This document shows positions 46,376 to 55,478 of a stretch of 64,000 bases of DNA, in pieces (positions within the stretch are counted from its first letter, which is position 1; every line of letters starts with the position of its first letter). Below the pieces are notes generated by a model. The model saw nothing but the letters and a program-made list of their open reading frames with translations. It did no database searches and was not told the DNA's origin. The stretch spans positions 1,818 through 65,817 of the forward strand of contig JAKPAG010000117.1 of NCBI GenBank assembly GCA_029779535.1. Reading direction: 5' to 3'. This DNA is from Pseudomonadota bacterium. Its GTDB lineage: Bacteria; Pseudomonadota; Alphaproteobacteria; Sphingomonadales; Sphingomonadaceae. The position numbers and the translations under genes were made by a program.

Positions 46376-47505
46376 TCCTGACAGAAGAACAACAGATGCT
46401 GCGCGATGCGGCGCAAGGCTGGGTCAGCGAACGCGCGCCCGTGGCAGCGCTGCGCAGCCTGCGCCGCGAACATGCCGCGCTGGGACACGATCCGGCGCTA
46501 TACCGCGAAATGGCCGAAATGGGCTGGACCGGCATCGCCGTGCCCGAAGCTGATGGCGGCTTCGGCTTTGGCCTGGCCGGGGCCGGCGTGGTGGCCGAAC
46601 AACTCGGCCGCAACCTCGTCGGATCGCCGCTGCTGACCACCAGCGTAGTGGTCGCGGGCGCGATCGAACTGGCCGGCAATGCCGCGCAGAAGCAGCAGTG
46701 GCTGCCCGCCATCGTCGCCGGCGAAGCGCGCGCCGCGCTGGCCATCGATGAAGGCAACCGCCACGATCCCGCGGGCATCGCCCTGGCCGCCGCCGCGCAG
46801 GACGGCGCCTGGGTGCTGAGCGGCAGCAAGCAGGCCGTGTTCGAAGGCCCCGCCGCCGACCTGTTCGTGATCGTGGCGCGCGTTGCGGGGCAACCGGGTG
46901 ATGAAACCGGGCTGGCGCTGTTCCTGTGCCCGGCGGACACCCCGGGCCTGACGGTCACGGCGATGGAGCAGATCGACTCGCGCGGCTGTGCTCGCCTTGA
47001 CCTGGCCGAAGTGCGACTGCCCGCCGATGCCCTGCTGGGCGAGGCTGGCAATGCCTGGCCGGTGCTGACCGAAGTGCTGGACCGTGGCCGGGCGGTGCTG
47101 TCCGCCGAAATGCTGGGCAGCGCGCAGCAGGCCTTCGAAACCACGCTCGAATATCTCAGAACCCGCATCCAGTTCGACCAGCCGATCGGCTCGTTCCAGG
47201 CGCTGCAGCACCGCGCCGCCTACCTGATCGGCCAGCTCGAACTGACCCGCTCGGCCGTGATCGGCGCGCTGCGGGCGATGGACCAGGGCGCGGCTGACCG
47301 CGCGCGGCTGGTTTCGCTGGCCAAGGCGATGGCCGGCAAGACCCTGCGCAAGATCGCCCAGGAAACGGTGCAATTGCACGGCGGGATCGGGATGACCGAC
47401 GAACACGACGCCGGGCTGTACCTCAAGCGCGCGCAGGTGGCAGACATGACCTGGGGCAACGAGGCGTTCCACCGCCAGCGCTATGCGCGCCTGGCGGGCC
47501 TCTAG
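46372..47505 (+). CDS. Acyl-CoA dehydrogenase (partner subunit)
   Basis: QFDQPIGSFQALQH and QLHGGIGMTDE motifs; no C-terminal GGxxE; ATGA overlap. Confidence 0.85.
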   Translation: MILTEEQQMLRDAAQGWVSERAPVAALRSLRREHAALGHDPALYREMAEMGWTGIAVPEADGGFGFGLAGAGVVAEQLGRNLVGSPLLTTSVVVAGAIELAGNAAQKQQWLPAIVAGEARAALAIDEGNRHDPAGIALAAAAQDGAWVLSGSKQAVFEGPAADLFVIVARVAGQPGDETGLALFLCPADTPGLTVTAMEQIDSRGCARLDLAEVRLPADALLGEAGNAWPVLTEVLDRGRAVLSAEMLGSAQQAFETTLEYLRTRIQFDQPIGSFQALQHRAAYLIGQLELTRSAVIGALRAMDQGAADRARLVSLAKAMAGKTLRKIAQETVQLHGGIGMTDEHDAGLYLKRAQVADMTWGNEAFHRQRYARLAGL

Positions 47506-47519
47506 CAGCGGGACCAATA

Positions 47520-47535
47520 CCGCAACCGGTTGCAG
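47520..47535. promoter_or_regulatory. YTGCA-N6-TGCAR-type site upstream of tetR
   Basis: CCGCA-ACCGGT-TGCAG followed by TTTTT. Confidence 0.5.
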
Positions 47536-47577
47536 TTTTTGATTGGCGCGCGGCCTTTCGCGTGTCACTTAGGCAAC

Positions 47578-48330
47578 ATGGCCAGCCAAGCGGTGCGCAA
47601 AAGCGTTGAAATAAAAGGAAGCGAACCCGTCCAGACAGGGGCGAAGGGGCGGTCGCTGGGTTATGCCAGCCCGTCGATCCTGGCCCGGCGCAACCGCATC
47701 CTGACCGAAACGCGCAAGATGATTGCCGAAGTCGGGCTGGCCCGGCTGGCAATGGACGATATCGCCCGCCGCGCCAACGTGGCCAAGCGCACGCTTTACA
47801 ACGCTTTCCAGAGCAAGGAGCACCTGGTCGCCACGGCGATCAGCAGGTACTTCGAAGCTTACGAAAGCAAGATCAAGTATACCAACGATGATGCCACCAC
47901 GCTCGACTGGATGGTGGAACGCCTGATCATCGTCGCGCGGCGGAACCTGACGATCCGCAACTACACCCGCGCGCTGATGGACATCTACCATTCGTCCGAT
48001 GTCGATCCGCAGATCCGCCAGGCGATCCATGACATCGCCGCGCGCAGCCATGCGCCGTGGATCCGCAAGCTGGCCTCCAGCCGCCAATTGCAGCCCTGGA
48101 TCAAGCCGGATGCGCTGATCTCGCTGCTGGTGCGCTATCGCTATGCCCTTGCCCAGGCCTGGACCGAAGGCGAGATCGCCGAGGAAGACCTGGTGCTGGA
48201 AGTGCTGCGCGGGTTCTTCACTTACATGGCCGGAGCCACGCGGGGCCGCGCGCGCAAGGAAATCCTCGACCTGCTCGACAACCTTGAGGATCACCCGCTG
48301 ATCAAGCAGGCGACCCTCCCGGCTGCATAA
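47578..48330 (+). CDS. TetR/AcrR family regulator, paralog of 41313-41993
   Basis: IARRANVAKRTLYNAFQSKEHL HTH; shares RNL.IRNY and LQPW with the 41313 protein. Confidence 0.88.
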   Translation: MASQAVRKSVEIKGSEPVQTGAKGRSLGYASPSILARRNRILTETRKMIAEVGLARLAMDDIARRANVAKRTLYNAFQSKEHLVATAISRYFEAYESKIKYTNDDATTLDWMVERLIIVARRNLTIRNYTRALMDIYHSSDVDPQIRQAIHDIAARSHAPWIRKLASSRQLQPWIKPDALISLLVRYRYALAQAWTEGEIAEEDLVLEVLRGFFTYMAGATRGRARKEILDLLDNLEDHPLIKQATLPAA

Positions 48331-48336
48331 CTATCG

Positions 48337-49836
48337 TCAGATGTCGTTGCGGATCCAGACGCTCTTGGTCTGGAGGTAGCTTTCGATGTGCTCGAAACCG
48401 CCCTCGCGCCCGACGCCGCTCAGCTTGTAGCCGCCGAACGGCACCGCCGGGTCCATGGTGTGGTAATGGTTGACCCACAGGGTCCCGGCCTTGATCGCCT
48501 TGACCGCGCGCATCGCCTTGCCGATGTCCTGGGTCCAGACCGCGCCGGCCAGGCCAAAGCGGGTGTCGTTGGCGCGGGCAATCACTTCGTCAAAGCTGTC
48601 GAACGGCATCACGCAGGCGACGGGGCCGAAGATCTCCTCCTTCGCGATCCGCATTCCGTCCTGCACCTGCCCAAAGATCGTCGGCGCGACGTAATAGCCA
48701 TCGGCCATGTAGCCTTCGGTCAGCGGCGCACCGCCAAGGTGGACGCTGGCCCCTTCCCGCGGGCCGAGGTCGAGGTAGGAGCAGACCCGTTCAAACTGGC
48801 GGGCCGAGACGATCGGGCCGATCTGGGTGGCCGGATCGAGCGAGTGGCCAACCACCATGCCCTGCGCGAATTCACGCATCCGGGCGACGAATTCGTCATG
48901 GATCGGGCGTTCGACATAGATTCGCGAGCCAGCCGAGCAGACCTGGCCCGAATTGTTGAAGATCGCCGAAGCCGCCGTCGGCACCGCGACGTCGAGGTTG
49001 GCATCGGCAAAGATGATGTTGGGCGACTTGCCGCCCAGTTCCATCGTCACCTTCTTCACCGTCGGCGCCGCGGCGGCGATGATCTTCTGCCCGGTGGCGG
49101 ACGATCCGGTGAAGGTGATCTTGTCGATGTCCGGGTGGGCCGAAATCGCCGCGCCAACTTCACCGTGGCCGGTCACCACGTTGACCACGCCGGCGGGGAA
49201 GCCCGCTTCCATGCACAGTTCGGCAAAGCGCAGCGGGGTGAGCGAGCCATGCTCGCTGGGCTTGATCACCACGGTGCAGCCGGCGGCCAGCGCGGGCCCG
49301 CATTTCCACGCGGCGCAGAAGATCGGCCCGTTCCACGGCATGATCACGCCGACCACGCCAACCGGTTCGCGCATGACCAGCGCGGTCAGGTCAACCGGCG
49401 AGCTGTTGCCCGGGGTATAGCCGTGGATGGTGGTTGCCAGGCCCGCGTGATGGCGCAGCGCGCGCACGATGATATCGCCCACCATCCGCGACGGGGTGAT
49501 CGGACGGCCCATTTCCATGGTGTCGACCAGCGCGATGTCGGCGAATTCGGCTTCGAGCAGGTCCGCCAGCTTCAGCAGTACGCGCTGGCGCTGGGCCGGG
49601 GTGAACTTGCTCCACGGCCCTTCGAAGGCGGCGCGGGCCGCGGCTACGGCGCGGTCCACGTCGGCGGCGCTGCCTTCCGCGATCTGGGCAAAGGCCTGGC
49701 CGGTCGACGGGTTGATCGCGTCGAACCATTCGCCCGAGGCCGGTTCGACCGCCTGGCCATTGATGAAGTGCACATTGCGCTGCCGATACTGCGGCGGCAG
49801 CACGGCGGGGACAAGGTTGGTGGCGGGGGCATTCAT
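48337..49836 (-). CDS. NAD(P)+-dependent aldehyde dehydrogenase
   Basis: PWNGP, FTGS, MELGGKSP, FNNSGQVCSAGS and EEIFGPV motifs. Confidence 0.92.
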   Translation of the reverse strand: MNAPATNLVPAVLPPQYRQRNVHFINGQAVEPASGEWFDAINPSTGQAFAQIAEGSAADVDRAVAAARAAFEGPWSKFTPAQRQRVLLKLADLLEAEFADIALVDTMEMGRPITPSRMVGDIIVRALRHHAGLATTIHGYTPGNSSPVDLTALVMREPVGVVGVIMPWNGPIFCAAWKCGPALAAGCTVVIKPSEHGSLTPLRFAELCMEAGFPAGVVNVVTGHGEVGAAISAHPDIDKITFTGSSATGQKIIAAAAPTVKKVTMELGGKSPNIIFADANLDVAVPTAASAIFNNSGQVCSAGSRIYVERPIHDEFVARMREFAQGMVVGHSLDPATQIGPIVSARQFERVCSYLDLGPREGASVHLGGAPLTEGYMADGYYVAPTIFGQVQDGMRIAKEEIFGPVACVMPFDSFDEVIARANDTRFGLAGAVWTQDIGKAMRAVKAIKAGTLWVNHYHTMDPAVPFGGYKLSGVGREGGFEHIESYLQTKSVWIRNDI

Positions 49837-49840
49837 GGGT

Positions 49841-51160
49841 TCAGTTCTCCGGTTTGTCGACCAGGCGGCGCATGTCGGCCCGGCCCAGCGCCATCAGGAT
49901 GGCGGAAATGGTAATCACGCTGGCGACAAGCACGATCAGCGAGGTGCCCAGCCGCATCGGATCGCCCAGCACCTTGTCGGTCACGAAACCGACCATCGAG
50001 TTGCCCAGCACCATACCGATCAGCCCGGTTACCAGCACGAAGATGGCCGAAACGCGGCCACGCAGCGCGGGCGGGGTGACGATCTGCGATGCGGCCGGCC
50101 CCATCGACGCGGCCGACATGACCAGCAGCATGTAGCAGCCGAACAGCACCACGGTCAGCCAGGGGCTGGACACCAGGTAGGCGGCGATCGCGAAGGGCGC
50201 GGCCAGCACCATGGTAACCAGGCACCACAGCAGATGGGCATCCTTGCGCCCCTTGCTGAACATCCGGTCCACCATCTTGCCGTGGAACGGCAGGCTGAGC
50301 GCGGGCACCATCTGCGCCACGCCCATCGCCAGGCCGATCTGCGCCGGGGTCCAGCCGTAGATGCGGGTCAGGTAGGCGGGGGTCCACAGCTGGAGGCCGA
50401 TGGTCACCGTATAGACCAGCCCGATTCCCAGGATGATTGCACTGAAGGCGCGCGGGTGCGCCAGGATGAAGCGCAGCGCCTCGCCGTATCCGCCCCCGTC
50501 CCGGGTCGGTGCGGGCGCGCGGTGGCGCTTGGGCTCGGGAAACAGGAACACCAGGAAGGCGGTCAGCACGCCGGGAATGCCGGTGACCAGGAAGGCCTGC
50601 TGCCACGGCGCAAAGCCCGACATGCCGGGCCAGTGCGAGATCGCCCCGTCCAGCACCGCGCCGACCAGCGGTCCGCCCAGCAGGAAGGTGATCCCCGCCC
50701 CCATCACCCCGCCCATGACGAAGATCGACATGGCAAAGGACAATTTGTTCGGCGGGAAGCTGTCGCCAATGATCGAATAGGCCCCGGTGGTGTAACCGGA
50801 TTCCCCGGCGCCAACCAGCGCGCGGGCGGCAATCAGCGCGCCGAAGGTGCCGGCCAGGCCGCAGCCCGCCGCGCCCAGGCTCCACACCACGACGCACAGG
50901 AACAGCACCCAGCGGCGGCTCTTGCGATCAAGCGCCAGCCCCACGGGAATCGCGCAGATCGAATAGAGCACGGCAAAGGCCAGCCCTTGCAGCAGGCTCA
51001 TCTGGAAATCGCTCAGCCCCAGGTCGCGCTTGATCGGTTCGACCATCAGGGCAACCAGATAGCGATCCGCCAGGCTGCGGATGTACAGCAGGAACAGGAT
51101 CGCCACGGTCAGCCAGGCGACCAGCGGGCGGGGATAGGTGTGGGCCGTCGATTGGGTCAT
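49841..51160 (-). CDS. MFS transporter (ACS/Spinster-like)
   Basis: LADR..VALMVEPIKRDLGLSDFQMSLLQG, ALDRKSRR and ARALVGAGES motifs. Confidence 0.85.
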   Translation of the reverse strand: MTQSTAHTYPRPLVAWLTVAILFLLYIRSLADRYLVALMVEPIKRDLGLSDFQMSLLQGLAFAVLYSICAIPVGLALDRKSRRWVLFLCVVVWSLGAAGCGLAGTFGALIAARALVGAGESGYTTGAYSIIGDSFPPNKLSFAMSIFVMGGVMGAGITFLLGGPLVGAVLDGAISHWPGMSGFAPWQQAFLVTGIPGVLTAFLVFLFPEPKRHRAPAPTRDGGGYGEALRFILAHPRAFSAIILGIGLVYTVTIGLQLWTPAYLTRIYGWTPAQIGLAMGVAQMVPALSLPFHGKMVDRMFSKGRKDAHLLWCLVTMVLAAPFAIAAYLVSSPWLTVVLFGCYMLLVMSAASMGPAASQIVTPPALRGRVSAIFVLVTGLIGMVLGNSMVGFVTDKVLGDPMRLGTSLIVLVASVITISAILMALGRADMRRLVDKPEN

Positions 51161-51801
51161 TTGCGGCTAGCCTCCGCGCGTTCGGGATCGAATTTCGGGC
51201 GTTCCAGCGCGAACTGGTCAGTCCCGCGCGCATACCAGCCGGCGCCGTGCGTGCGCCCGACCAGCCCCATTGCCGGGGTGTCGAGATAGAACTTGTCCGG
51301 ATCGGTAACGAACTGGTCCTGGATATGGGTCATCAGCACTTCACCGATCAGCACGGTCTGCAGGCTGCCGATGTCCAGCGCGGTCACCTTGCGGCATTCG
51401 AAGCTGACCGGAGCCGTGGCGATGCGCGGCGGCTGCACCACGCTGCTGGGCGTGGTCTGGATCCCGGCATAGTCGATCTCGCTGACATCGGCCGGGGCAT
51501 CGACGCTCGACAGGTTCATCGCCGGGGCGTCGGCCTCGCTGACCAGGTTGACCACGAATTCGCCGGTTTCGATGATGTTGCGCGCCGTATCCTTGAGCGC
51601 GCGGGTGCGAAAGTCCTTGAGCAGGCCCAGCACCACCAGCGGCGGCTCGATCCCGCAGACGTTGAAGAAGCTGTAGGGCGCGGCATTGACCAGCCCGGTC
51701 CCGTTCACGGTGGTTACCCAGGCGATCGGACGCGGAGTGACCGTGGAATTGAGCAGCTTGTAACGCGCCCCCAGCGGCAGCGCGCGCATATCGAATTGCA
51801 T
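51157..51801 (-). CDS. Flavin reductase (DIM6/NTAB) family protein
   Basis: PRPIAWVTT...VNAAPYSFFN and KDTARNI..TGEFVVN motifs. Confidence 0.85.
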   Translation of the reverse strand: MQFDMRALPLGARYKLLNSTVTPRPIAWVTTVNGTGLVNAAPYSFFNVCGIEPPLVVLGLLKDFRTRALKDTARNIIETGEFVVNLVSEADAPAMNLSSVDAPADVSEIDYAGIQTTPSSVVQPPRIATAPVSFECRKVTALDIGSLQTVLIGEVLMTHIQDQFVTDPDKFYLDTPAMGLVGRTHGAGWYARGTDQFALERPKFDPERAEASRK

Positions 51802-52598
51802 CAGGCCTGGTCCTTTTTGGCGGCGGAGCGGGCGATGAACCCTTCGCGCGCGCGGCGCGCCTCGTCGCCCGATTGCAGCTGGTGGCAGAAGGCCAGTTCA
51901 AGCCCCAGCGCCGTTTCAAGGCTGCCTTCGTCGCTGGCGTGGATCAGCCGCTTGGTCAGCTCGCTGGCGTGGCGGTTGCCGCCGCCGATGCTGCGGGCAA
52001 AGTCCAGCGCGGCGTCGATCACCTCGGCATCGGGCACCAGCTTGCTGACCAGGCCAAGGGCCTGGGCTTCGGCTGCCGGGACCGTGCGGCCGGAATAGAC
52101 GATCTCGGAAGCGCGGCGGCGGCCGATCTGGCGGGTCAGGAACCAGGCCACCCCGCCGTCCGGGGCCAGCCCGAACTTGAGGAACGGCGCGCCAAAGCTG
52201 GCGCCCTCACCCGCGATCAGCACGTCGCAGGCGAGCGCCAGCCCCCACGAGACGCCCCAGGCGCCGCCTTGGACCGCGGCGATGGTCGGCACCGGCAGGG
52301 CGGCCAGGCGGCGGATGCAGCGCTGGCCCAGTTCGAGCCGGGCAGCCAGGTTGAGCGCCCCTTCCCCGCGCGCGGGCGGGTTCTTCACGTCCCCGCCGCT
52401 GGAGAAGTAGCCGCCCGCGCCCCGGATCACCAGGGCACGCGGCGGGGTGCCCGCCTCGACCTCGGTCAGCAGCTGGGCAAAGGCTTCCCACATCCCGAAG
52501 GACACCGTGTTCTTCGCCTGCGGGCGGTTGAGCGTGACGACGACAATATCGCCGTCCAGCCGCTCAACCAGCAGGTCTGCCGTGCTCTCCCCGCTCAT
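51801..52598 (-). CDS. Enoyl-CoA hydratase/isomerase family protein
   Basis: TLNRPQAKN, YFSSGGDV, PTIAAVQGGAWG and GLAPDGG motifs. Confidence 0.85.
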   Translation of the reverse strand: MSGESTADLLVERLDGDIVVVTLNRPQAKNTVSFGMWEAFAQLLTEVEAGTPPRALVIRGAGGYFSSGGDVKNPPARGEGALNLAARLELGQRCIRRLAALPVPTIAAVQGGAWGVSWGLALACDVLIAGEGASFGAPFLKFGLAPDGGVAWFLTRQIGRRRASEIVYSGRTVPAAEAQALGLVSKLVPDAEVIDAALDFARSIGGGNRHASELTKRLIHASDEGSLETALGLELAFCHQLQSGDEARRAREGFIARSAAKKDQA

Positions 52599-52601
52599 GC
52601 C

Positions 52602-54656
52602 TTACTTCTTCGGCATGGTTTCGCGCGCACGCTGGCGGATGTAGTGGCGCAGACCGTCGATTTCGGCGTCGGACAGGTTGTCGAACTTGCCCATGCCGCG
52701 CTCCATCAGCGCGCCGCCGCGGACCACCGCGTTAAACGCGTCGGCATCCAGCGGGATCTGCGACTTGCGCAGGTCCGGCGCCGCACCGCCCGAAATCACG
52801 CCGCCGCCGTGGCAGACCACGCAGGTGGTGCCATAGATGCCCGCACCCAGCGCGACCTTCTGCGCATCGACCGCAAAGGCCGGATCGTCCAGCACCGGTT
52901 CTTCGACGCGGGTGAACTTGGGCAGGCGGGCCTTGCCGCCCAGCATGAAGGTCAGCACGCGGCGCTTCTGCTGGCGGTAGTCCCAGTTGGGCTGGTTGGC
53001 GAAGCTGGCCCGGAAGCTGGCGATCACGGTGACGTATTGCTTGCCGTTCACGGTGTAGCTGATCGGCGCCGAAAGGATCCCGTTCTGCGCGTCAAAGCTC
53101 CACAGCTTGGTCCCGTCCTTGGCGTTGTAGGCGGCAAAATCGCCGGTGTTCACGCCCTGGAACAGCAGGTTCCCGCCGGTTGCCAGCACCCCGCCGTTGA
53201 ACGTGCCGGGCTGCGGGATTTCCCAGACCTTCTTCTGGGTGACCGGATCATAGGCCAGCAGGAAGCTCTTCGAGGGCGGCACCACGATACCCGCCGGGGG
53301 CACGCCCAGCCCGCTGTTGATGAACATCCCGTCGCGCACCTGCCAGGTGTCGATGTTGGCCGGATCGGTGTGGACCCGCCCGCCTTCCATCACCGGGATA
53401 TAGGTCAGCCCGGTCTGTTCGCTATGGGCCATGGCCTGGACCCCGTGCGCCCCGTTCGGGAAGGGATAGAGGACGAACGGCTTGCCCTTGTAGAACGCCT
53501 CGGGGTTGTGGACCGGGCGGCCGGTTTCCTTGTCGATCCGCTCGGCCCAGTTGACCTGGGCGAACTTCTCGGCCGACAGCAGTTTGCCGGTGGCGCGGTC
53601 GATCACATAATAGAAGCCGTTCTTGGGCGCGTGCAGCAGCACGTCGCGCTTCTGGCCGTCGATGGTCAGCTCGGTCAGCTCGATGTCCATCGCATTGTTG
53701 AAGTCCCAGGTGTTCTCCGGGTTGGTCTGGTAATGCCAGGCGCGCTTGCCGGTCTTCATGTCGATCGCGACGACCGACGACAGGTAAAGGTTGTCGCCGC
53801 CGCCGGGCGAACGGATCTTCTGGTTCCAGGGGAAGCCGTTGCCGGTGCCCAGGTAGATCCGGTCATACTTCGCGTCATAGGTCATGGCCTGGTAGACCGC
53901 CCCGCCGCCGCCGAACTTCCACCATTCGCCGGTCCAGGTCTTGGCCGCTTCCAGCGTGGTTTCGTCCTTGTCGACCGCCGGGTTGCCCGGGACCACGTAC
54001 CAGCGCCAGGCGCGCTTGCCGGTCTTGATGTCATAGGCCGTGACGTAGCCGCGCACCTTGGAATAGTCCGCGCCGCCGAAGCCGATCACCACCTTGTCCC
54101 CGGCGACGAACGGCGGGCCAGTGATATAGGCGCCGTGCGAGCCGGGCTCGTCCAGGGTCTTGACGCTCCAGCGCAGCTTGCCGGTCTTGGCGTCAACCGC
54201 GATCAGACGGCCTTCGCGCGTGGCGGTGAACACCATGCCATCGCGGTAGGCGATGCCGCGAATGCCCCAGCCGGCGCGCATCCGCCAGCCGGCTTCGGGC
54301 GCTTCGGCAACCTTGGGATCGTACTGCCACAGCAGCTTGCCGGTGCGCGCGTCGAGCGCGTGGATCACCGAATGGCCGACCGCGAAATAGATCACCCCGT
54401 TCACCGCCAGCGGGGCGGTATAGGCATCGAAGGTGTCGATGTCATAGGCCCAGGCCAGGCCCAGCTGGCTGACGTTGGAATCATTGATCTGCGCCAACGC
54501 GCTATAATGGCCGCCGTTGTCAGTGCCGCCGAAGCTGTACCAGTCACGCCCTTCGACCAGGCCCGCGCCCGGTGCGCCGATCCCCGGCTGAGCCGAACCC
54601 AGCGCCAGCGCGACGATCCCTGCGGCCAGCGCCGCCACTTTCCGATTCTTGCCCAT
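52602..54656 (-). CDS. Quinohemoprotein (PQQ beta-propeller + cytochrome c) dehydrogenase
   Basis: Sec signal, W-motif propeller repeats, WDFN, HAPKNGFYY and CVVCH heme c motif. Confidence 0.88.
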   Translation of the reverse strand: MGKNRKVAALAAGIVALALGSAQPGIGAPGAGLVEGRDWYSFGGTDNGGHYSALAQINDSNVSQLGLAWAYDIDTFDAYTAPLAVNGVIYFAVGHSVIHALDARTGKLLWQYDPKVAEAPEAGWRMRAGWGIRGIAYRDGMVFTATREGRLIAVDAKTGKLRWSVKTLDEPGSHGAYITGPPFVAGDKVVIGFGGADYSKVRGYVTAYDIKTGKRAWRWYVVPGNPAVDKDETTLEAAKTWTGEWWKFGGGGAVYQAMTYDAKYDRIYLGTGNGFPWNQKIRSPGGGDNLYLSSVVAIDMKTGKRAWHYQTNPENTWDFNNAMDIELTELTIDGQKRDVLLHAPKNGFYYVIDRATGKLLSAEKFAQVNWAERIDKETGRPVHNPEAFYKGKPFVLYPFPNGAHGVQAMAHSEQTGLTYIPVMEGGRVHTDPANIDTWQVRDGMFINSGLGVPPAGIVVPPSKSFLLAYDPVTQKKVWEIPQPGTFNGGVLATGGNLLFQGVNTGDFAAYNAKDGTKLWSFDAQNGILSAPISYTVNGKQYVTVIASFRASFANQPNWDYRQQKRRVLTFMLGGKARLPKFTRVEEPVLDDPAFAVDAQKVALGAGIYGTTCVVCHGGGVISGGAAPDLRKSQIPLDADAFNAVVRGGALMERGMGKFDNLSDAEIDGLRHYIRQRARETMPKK

Positions 54657-54706
54657 TCAGCCTGTTCCCAATGGTTGGGCGCCGGATTCGCTCCGCCACC
54701 TGATAG

Positions 54707-54722
54707 TTGCACTTTGTTGCAG
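54707..54722. promoter_or_regulatory. YTGCA-N6-TGCAR operator between PQQ dehydrogenase 1 and the SnoaL gene
   Basis: TTGCA-CTTTGT-TGCAG. Confidence 0.6.
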
Positions 54723-54806
54723 TTTTCGCGTGAAGTCAACGAAGCCGGGTGCTATGTCCGACAGCCTTGCACAAGGACCCGGAAGGGCCACTCGGAAAGG
54801 ATTGCC

Positions 54807-55442
54807 ATGACTGGATTGAACCGCCGCGATGCCTTGACCGCCGCCGCGCTGACGGGCGGGCTTGCCCTGGCCGCCGCGCCTGCCGCCGCCGCGCCGAAAG
54901 CGCGCAAGCCCACCGCCGCGCAGCAGCTCGACATGCTGGTTTCGCGCGCGGAGATCGAGGAAGTGCTTTATGCCTATGCCCGCGGCAACGACCACGGCGA
55001 CGATGCGATGATCCGCGGCTGCTTCTGGCCCGAATCCCAGCACAAGCATGGCCGCTTCGAAGGCTCGTCTAGCGATTTCGTCGGCTTCGCGATGAAAGTC
55101 GGCAACACGCTGAAGTACAGCAAGCACCACATCAGCAACGTGTCGATCCGCATCGACGGCGACCGCGCGTTCAGCGAATGCTATTACAACGCCCACCACC
55201 GCCGCCCCGACAAGGCCGGCACGGGCGAGGAAGACCAGTGGTTCGAAGGCCGCTACATCGACCTGTGGGAACGGCGCGGCGGCACCTGGAAAATCATCTT
55301 CCGGCGCGGCACCACCGATTTCAATGCGCCGGTCACCCCGGCCGAAGCGCCCTATGCCGCGCTTCCCGCCGGCAGCCACGCCGAGCGCAGCAAGGACGAC
55401 GCCTACTACACCATGCTGGCCCGGTTCGAAGCCGGCAAATAG
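54807..55442 (+). CDS. Tat-exported NTF2/SnoaL-like protein
   Basis: MTGLNRRDAL twin-arginine signal; IEEVLYAYARGND..D, KHHISNV and GRYIDLWERRGGTWKI. Hidden at the end of a 1189 aa shadow ORF. Confidence 0.8.
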   Translation: MTGLNRRDALTAAALTGGLALAAAPAAAAPKARKPTAAQQLDMLVSRAEIEEVLYAYARGNDHGDDAMIRGCFWPESQHKHGRFEGSSSDFVGFAMKVGNTLKYSKHHISNVSIRIDGDRAFSECYYNAHHRRPDKAGTGEEDQWFEGRYIDLWERRGGTWKIIFRRGTTDFNAPVTPAEAPYAALPAGSHAERSKDDAYYTMLARFEAGK

Positions 55443-55478
55443 GCTGACGTCAGCCAAGGGCGCGCTGGACGACAAGGG

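Noticed and set aside
51873-54806. N-terminal ~980 aa of the 1189 aa plus-strand ORF (possible giant fusion with SnoaL)
   Set aside because: Antisense to the hydratase and PQQ genes; only 54807-55442 has an RBS, a signal peptide and a recognisable domain.
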